Shown piece after piece: positions 62,801 to 64,000 of a stretch of 64,000 bases of DNA. Position 1 is the first letter of the stretch, and each line of letters starts with the position of its first letter. Origin of the DNA: Escherichia coli. Lineage in GTDB: Bacteria; Pseudomonadota; Gammaproteobacteria; Enterobacterales; Enterobacteriaceae. Location of the stretch: NCBI RefSeq assembly GCF_041886205.1, contig NZ_CP169029.1; one strand, written 5' to 3'. Under the pieces are notes generated by a model. The model did no database searches, was not told the DNA's origin, and saw nothing but the letters and a program-made list of their open reading frames with translations. The translations under genes were made by a program, and so were the position numbers.

Positions 62801-64000
62801 GGGGACACCGTTGCCGTAATTATCCTTCACCTCAATATACAGACTGGTTGTCTCGCCTGCGGAGACTGTATCAAAAAGTGCCTGTAGCAAGGTGAGATGT
62901 GCCGTAGACGCATCAGCGTTGACATTAATTGATGTGCTAAGCGTGGAGCTACCATTTTCCAGACTGGCCTCAACGGTATCCGGTCTCGCTCCTGATTCTA
63001 TCGAGGAGCGGGTATTGGTATAAGTGACGGTAGCCTTACCCTGTTCGTTCGTCACGGCTTGACCGCCGTTCGTCATTTCGGCTGTCGCTGCGTTGCTGGT
63101 GAAGTTCACAGTCACACCTTTCACCGGAAAGCCATTATTATCAACGACTGTGGCGGTGATGACGCTGCCGGAGCTGTTCTGCGGGGTACCGGCGATTATG
63201 CTGTCTGGGACAGGCGTCAACTCGATAATTTTTGCCGCCGCTGTGTCGCCAATAAAATGCACAGTTTTGTTGTCGCTGGCACCATTATTAGCCAGTGATG
63301 CAGTAACCGTCTTCTCACCAAAGGCAACGCCTGCGAGAGTGGCCTGCGCGATGCCAGACTCGTTGGTATTACTTACTCCCGGGGTCAGGGTGAGTCCTGA
63401 AGAGGCTGAGCTGAATGTTACCGGAAGATTATTCACCTCATTGTCGAACTGATCTTTAACCGTTGCAGTTAGCGTTGCGCTATCGACGCCATTACCTGTG
63501 ATCTCATCTTTTGATATCTGCAGGACAACCTGAGCCGAGGCTTTGTCCGCCACAAATGTTACCGGCTGCGAATCACTGGTATTGTTATTACCCAGCGTTG
63601 CGGTAACCGTATGCGTGCCCGCTTTTTTACCTTTCAGCGTGACATGCGCTTCCCCATTGGCCTGAGTGATGGCAATACCGTTATTTTCAAGGGTAAAGTT
63701 TGCCGCAACGTCCTGTGGCATGGTGAAGTTTACCGTTATCCCCGCCACCGGATGATTCGACGGATCTTTCACTGTTGCTGTCAGAGTTGTCTCATCCACG
63801 CCATTCCCAATGATTTCCGCTTTCGATGTTTGCAAAACGACAACCGCTCTGTCTTTATCCGCCACAAACGTCATTGGCTGTGCATCGCTGACATTGCTGT
63901 TAGCCAGACGAGCCATGATCATATGCGTGCCCGCTAACGTGCCGGTCAGGGAGGCGATTGCAACCCCGTTACTATCCGTCATGCCTTTTCCTCCGTTGCT
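59894..64000 (-). CDS. yeeJ: inverse-autotransporter-type adhesin YeeJ, C-terminal about 1368 codons (gene continues beyond the window end)
   Basis: Long array of about 100-aa bacterial Ig-like (Big_1) repeats (recurring VTATLGNN..SD..PVTFVADK and TLKGTKAGTHTVTA blocks) and a C-terminal lectin-like domain; frame stays open to the window edge. Confidence 0.85.
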   Translation of the reverse strand, partial: SNGGKGMTDSNGVAIASLTGTLAGTHMIMARLANSNVSDAQPMTFVADKDRAVVVLQTSKAEIIGNGVDETTLTATVKDPSNHPVAGITVNFTMPQDVAANFTLENNGIAITQANGEAHVTLKGKKAGTHTVTATLGNNNTSDSQPVTFVADKASAQVVLQISKDEITGNGVDSATLTATVKDQFDNEVNNLPVTFSSASSGLTLTPGVSNTNESGIAQATLAGVAFGEKTVTASLANNGASDNKTVHFIGDTAAAKIIELTPVPDSIIAGTPQNSSGSVITATVVDNNGFPVKGVTVNFTSNAATAEMTNGGQAVTNEQGKATVTYTNTRSSIESGARPDTVEASLENGSSTLSTSINVNADASTAHLTLLQALFDTVSAGETTSLYIEVKDNYGNGVPQQEVTLSVSPSEGVTPSNNAIYTTNHDGNFYASFTATKAGVYQLTATLENGDSMQQTVTYVPNVANAEITLAASKDPVIADNNDLTTLTATVADTEGNAIANTEVTFTLPEDVKANFTLSDGGKVITDAEGKAKVTLKGTKAGAHTVTASMTGGKSEQLVVNFIADTLTAQVNLNVTEDNFIANNVGMTRLQATVTDGNGNPLANEAVTFTLPADVSASFTLGQGGSAITDINGKAEVTLSGTKSGTYPVTVSVNNYGVSDTKQVTLIADAGTAKLASLTSVYSFVVSTTEGATMTASVTDANGNPVEGIKVNFRGTSVTLSSTSVETDDRGFAEILVTSTEVGLKTVSASLADKPTEVISRLLNASADVNSATITSLEIPEGQVMVAQDVAVKAHVNDQFGNPVAHQPVTFSAEPSSQMIISQNTVSTNTQGVAEVTMTPERNGSYMVKASLPNGASLEKQLEAIDEKLTLTASSPLIGVYAPTGATLTATLTSANGTPVEGQVINFSVTPEGATLSGGKVRTNSSGQAPVVLTSNKVGTYTVTASFHNGVTIQTQTTVKVTGNSSTAHVASFIADPSTIAATNTDLSTLKATVEDGSGNLIEGLTVYFALKSGSATLTSLTAVTDQNGIATTSVKGAMTGSVTVSAVTTAGGMQTVDITLVAGPADTSQSVLKSNRSSLKGDYTDSAELRLVLHDISGNPIKVSEGMEFVQSGTNVPYIKISAIDYSLNINGDYKATITGGGEGIATLIPVLNGVHQAGLSTTIQFTRAEDKIMSGTVSVNGTDLPTTTFPSQGFTGAYYQLNNDNFAPGKTAADYEFSSSASWVDVDATGKVTFKNVGSNSERITATPKSGGPSYVYEIRVKSWWVNAGEAFMIYSLAENFCSSNGYTLPRANYLNHCSSRGIGSLYSEWGDMGHYTTDAGFQSNMYWSSSPANSSEQYVVSLATGDQSVFEKLGFAYATCYKNL

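Noticed and set aside
59894-64000. Possibility that the periodic repeats are a CRISPR-like or satellite array
   Set aside because: The repeats are about 300 bp, imperfect and in one continuous open reading frame encoding Ig-like domains; they are protein-coding domain repeats of yeeJ.

Overview
This window is an Escherichia coli chromosomal segment covering the colanic-acid/O-antigen/his/cob/yee region (about 44-45 min on the K-12 map), in reverse orientation relative to K-12. Left to right: the 3' end of wcaM, gne, galF, a JUMPstart/ops element, a complete O157-type O-antigen cluster (wbdN-wzy-wbdO-wzx-per-wbdP-gmd-fcl-gmm-manC-manB, a decayed H-repeat transposase, wbdR), gnd, ugd, wzz, a disrupted his operon, yefM-yoeB, yeeZ, yeeY, plaP, yeeE-yeeD, sbcB, dacD, sbmC, yeeA, yeeX, a scar with IS66 and IS2 remnants where K-12 carries the CP4-44 prophage, cobUST, erfK, three tRNA-Asn genes interleaved with nac, cbl and yeeO, yeeN, amn, shiA, an intact IS66-family element inserted in a yeeL-like glycosyltransferase pseudogene, and the 3' part of the yeeJ adhesin gene. 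The main anomaly is a roughly 3.0 kb ORF-free block (about 22280-25318) with eukaryote-like composition and short (CA)n/(GT)n microsatellites that sits where the 3' end of hisC, hisB, hisH, hisA and the 5' end of hisF should be. Its length is close to that of the missing native DNA, so I read it as a chimeric, engineered or artefactual substitution rather than a new bacterial system. I found no convincing undescribed protein-coding system; the rest is explained by known genes, IS elements and pseudogene debris. Gene identities come from my reading of the translated ORFs and conserved gene order, not from a database search. Coordinates of features absent from the ORF track (tRNAs, hisL, IS ends, hairpins) were counted by hand and may be off by 1-2 nt.
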